Shown here piece after piece: positions 62,320-64,000 of a DNA stretch of 64,000 nt. The stretch lies in IMG/VR virus record IMGVR_UViG_3300037483_000793, positions 32,001 to 96,000 of that record. One strand, given 5' to 3'. How positions within the stretch are numbered: the stretch's first letter is position 1; the number at the start of each line of letters is the position of its first letter. The stretch comes from a virus. The translations under genes and the position numbers were made by a program. The notes beneath the pieces were generated by a model, which searched no databases, had not been told where the DNA came from, and was given only the letters and a program-made list of their open reading frames with translations.

Positions 62320-62979
62320 ATGAAGTGGCTCAAGTACCAGCACAAGTTCTCGTCGGGGCGCAGCGCATGGCAGTGGAAGCGGCTTCCTGACAACGCGACT
62401 GAAAAATACGTTTGCGAAGAAGGCGTTCTCAGCGAGCTGACCGAGGAGTACAGCTTCTCCGACAAGTACAGCGGCATCGACTACGAGGTTGTTGACAAGG
62501 CCCCGCGCTGGGTAATCGAGGAGAAGATGCGCGCTGCCGCTTCACGTCGAGCTGACGCCGACGCCGATTTTCGCGAGTACGCGAACTTGATCGATGGCGC
62601 TCAATACATCACCTGTCGTCAGTGCGAAGCCGCGACGGTCGCGACCGACGAACACTACCGCACGTACTCGCACGACGGTTCGATCAAGCCGTGCCCAACC
62701 TGTGGACGCAAGGTGATCGCGGACACGATCAAGTTCTGGCTCATGCCAGATGACGAAGACGCCGTCAAACTTCTCGGCTCGCTAGTCGAGCAGGGTGCAC
62801 GCAGCGTCAAGAGCAAGAAGTTTCGTTGGCCCGTCGAAGACAAAGACGAAGAGGAGGCGTACCAGCGCCTCGGCAAGCTCGGTCTTGTCGCCGGTTCGAG
62901 CTACCAGAACGTTCACGAGATCCACGCGACGAGATCCGGCGAAGCCGAGTGGCGCAAACACAAAGGAACTGCAAAGTGA
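62320..62979 (+). CDS. modular hypothetical protein with zinc ribbon and winged-helix-like tail
   Basis: CRQC...CPTCG; YQRLGKLGLV...ATRSG. Confidence 0.7.
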   Translation: MKWLKYQHKFSSGRSAWQWKRLPDNATEKYVCEEGVLSELTEEYSFSDKYSGIDYEVVDKAPRWVIEEKMRAAASRRADADADFREYANLIDGAQYITCRQCEAATVATDEHYRTYSHDGSIKPCPTCGRKVIADTIKFWLMPDDEDAVKLLGSLVEQGARSVKSKKFRWPVEDKDEEEAYQRLGKLGLVAGSSYQNVHEIHATRSGEAEWRKHKGTAK

Positions 62980-63176
62980 ATGACAAGCTCGAACAGCTGC
63001 TCAAGCATCGCCCGTTCCGGATCTCGTTCCTGATCTCGTTCCTCGTCTGCTTCCTCGGTGTGATGAACGGCTTCGAGCGCGCGATTGTCAGCGTGCTCGT
63101 CGTCGCGCTCGGCACGCTGATCGGCTACGGTGGCGCGATGCGGTTCCGGCGCTGGCGTGGAGATTTCGACAAGTGA
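62976..63176 (+). CDS. small membrane protein
   Basis: Two hydrophobic helices. Confidence 0.7.
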   Translation: MNDKLEQLLKHRPFRISFLISFLVCFLGVMNGFERAIVSVLVVALGTLIGYGGAMRFRRWRGDFDK

Positions 63177-63793
63177 AGAACGCCGAGATCGTCAAGGCGC
63201 TACCGAACCTCAAGTCGCTTCAGTACGAACACGAGGCATTGAAGCGTCAGATCCAAAACCTGACGAAGCAGGAGCAGCAGCTGCAGCGCGAGATCGGCGT
63301 GCTCGGTCGCGTGACTGAAATCTTCGAAGGTGTCGCGCTGACCGTCAACGAGAAAGCCTACGCCAACGGTCCTGCACTTGACGTGCACGCTGCGGACTTC
63401 AGTCTCGCTCGGTGGGCTGACGTCTACCCGAACGCGCACAACGGCGGCAAGGACTGGGGCCTCAATATGCGCGACACCAGCGGTGCGGGCCCGGCGAGGC
63501 GCGAGAAGTGGGGTGGTACTGGCTGGCCGTTTGCCGAGGCGTGTGCCGCTGCGCGAGCGTACGTGGCTCACGGTACCGAGCCCACTGAGGCGTATATAGA
63601 AATGATCAAGCTGCGACACGCACTCGACCCCGAGCGCAAAGCGCCGAAGCGTCGCCGTGACGCGTTCGAGGCCGCGTACACAGCCGGACACGTCGAGCTG
63701 GCGAAGGAGTTGCTCGTTGGCCGTGCGAAGCTATCCGCCTTCAAGAAGACCGAACGAGAGGATGCGAGTGATGGACAACTACAAGACCAGTGA
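63173..63793 (+). CDS. hypothetical protein ending in an AAYxAG helical module
   Basis: N-terminal coiled coil; RRDAFEAAYTAGHVELAKELL. Confidence 0.7.
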   Translation: MKNAEIVKALPNLKSLQYEHEALKRQIQNLTKQEQQLQREIGVLGRVTEIFEGVALTVNEKAYANGPALDVHAADFSLARWADVYPNAHNGGKDWGLNMRDTSGAGPARREKWGGTGWPFAEACAAARAYVAHGTEPTEAYIEMIKLRHALDPERKAPKRRRDAFEAAYTAGHVELAKELLVGRAKLSAFKKTEREDASDGQLQDQ

Positions 63794-64000
63794 CTACTGC
63801 GCGGTTTGCAACGAGTCACCCGAGTCAGGTACGCACCTGATGGGTCCGCGGCACCATGATTACGTACCGCCGACTGCTGATGACATCTGCACGTGCGGTC
63901 GGCCGCGTGGATCACAGGTACACGCATTCGATGCACCGCAAGGACACAAGTGGATGCCGGAGACGACTGTGCCTGTACCGCTCGAAGCTGCGCTGCGTGC
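63771..64000 (+). CDS. Cys/His-rich protein, partial
   Basis: GAGG RBS; MDNYKTSDYCAVCNE...CTCG; open to window end. Confidence 0.6.
   Translation, partial: MDNYKTSDYCAVCNESPESGTHLMGPRHHDYVPPTADDICTCGRPRGSQVHAFDAPQGHKWMPETTVPVPLEAALR

Noticed and set aside
1-64000. Stop-codon reassignment, suggested by a phage release factor
   Set aside because: TGA, TAG and TAA all terminate well-formed genes with tight overlaps, and conserved domains are uninterrupted apart from the RF cassette.
1-64000. tRNA, rRNA and CRISPR arrays
   Set aside because: No cloverleaf with a TTC loop, no rRNA-like tract and no regularly spaced direct repeats were found by eye; tRNAscan and a CRISPR finder would be the definitive check.

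Overview
High-GC, very gene-dense 64 kb segment of what is most likely a large (jumbo-type) bacteriophage genome, or a comparable giant mobile element. About 150 mostly short genes are chained by ATGA/GTGA/TGATG overlaps. Most lie on the + strand, with - strand blocks at 1-1.9, 24.9-30.6 and 36.1-38.9 kb. There are no host housekeeping operons, capsid/terminase genes, tRNAs or CRISPR arrays. Recognisable products: SNF2-type helicase, MoxR-like AAA+ ATPase plus HExxH-peptidase/VWA partner, PEP-utiliser swivel-domain protein, YegP/DUF1508, SAM methyltransferase, HNH endonuclease, tyrosine recombinase, DUF2786, SprT-like proteases, GHKL ATPase-peptidase and a CoaB-class II aldolase fusion. One small gene looks myxobacterial, a weak hint at the host. 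The standout is a short class I peptide release factor (23890-24562) that the ORF track mis-starts. Its real reading frame is split by a textbook prfB/RF2-type +1 frameshift cassette (GGAGG-N3-CTT TGA C), yet its decoding loop is RF1-type (PxT). It sits among genes ending almost all in TAG, whereas the rest of the window mostly uses TGA. Also present: two recurring promoter-like DNA motifs, a tandem paralogue array with an invariant GCGATTCAA core just downstream of the recombinase, and several candidate structured RNAs. All family calls come from motif recognition by eye; no database search was run.
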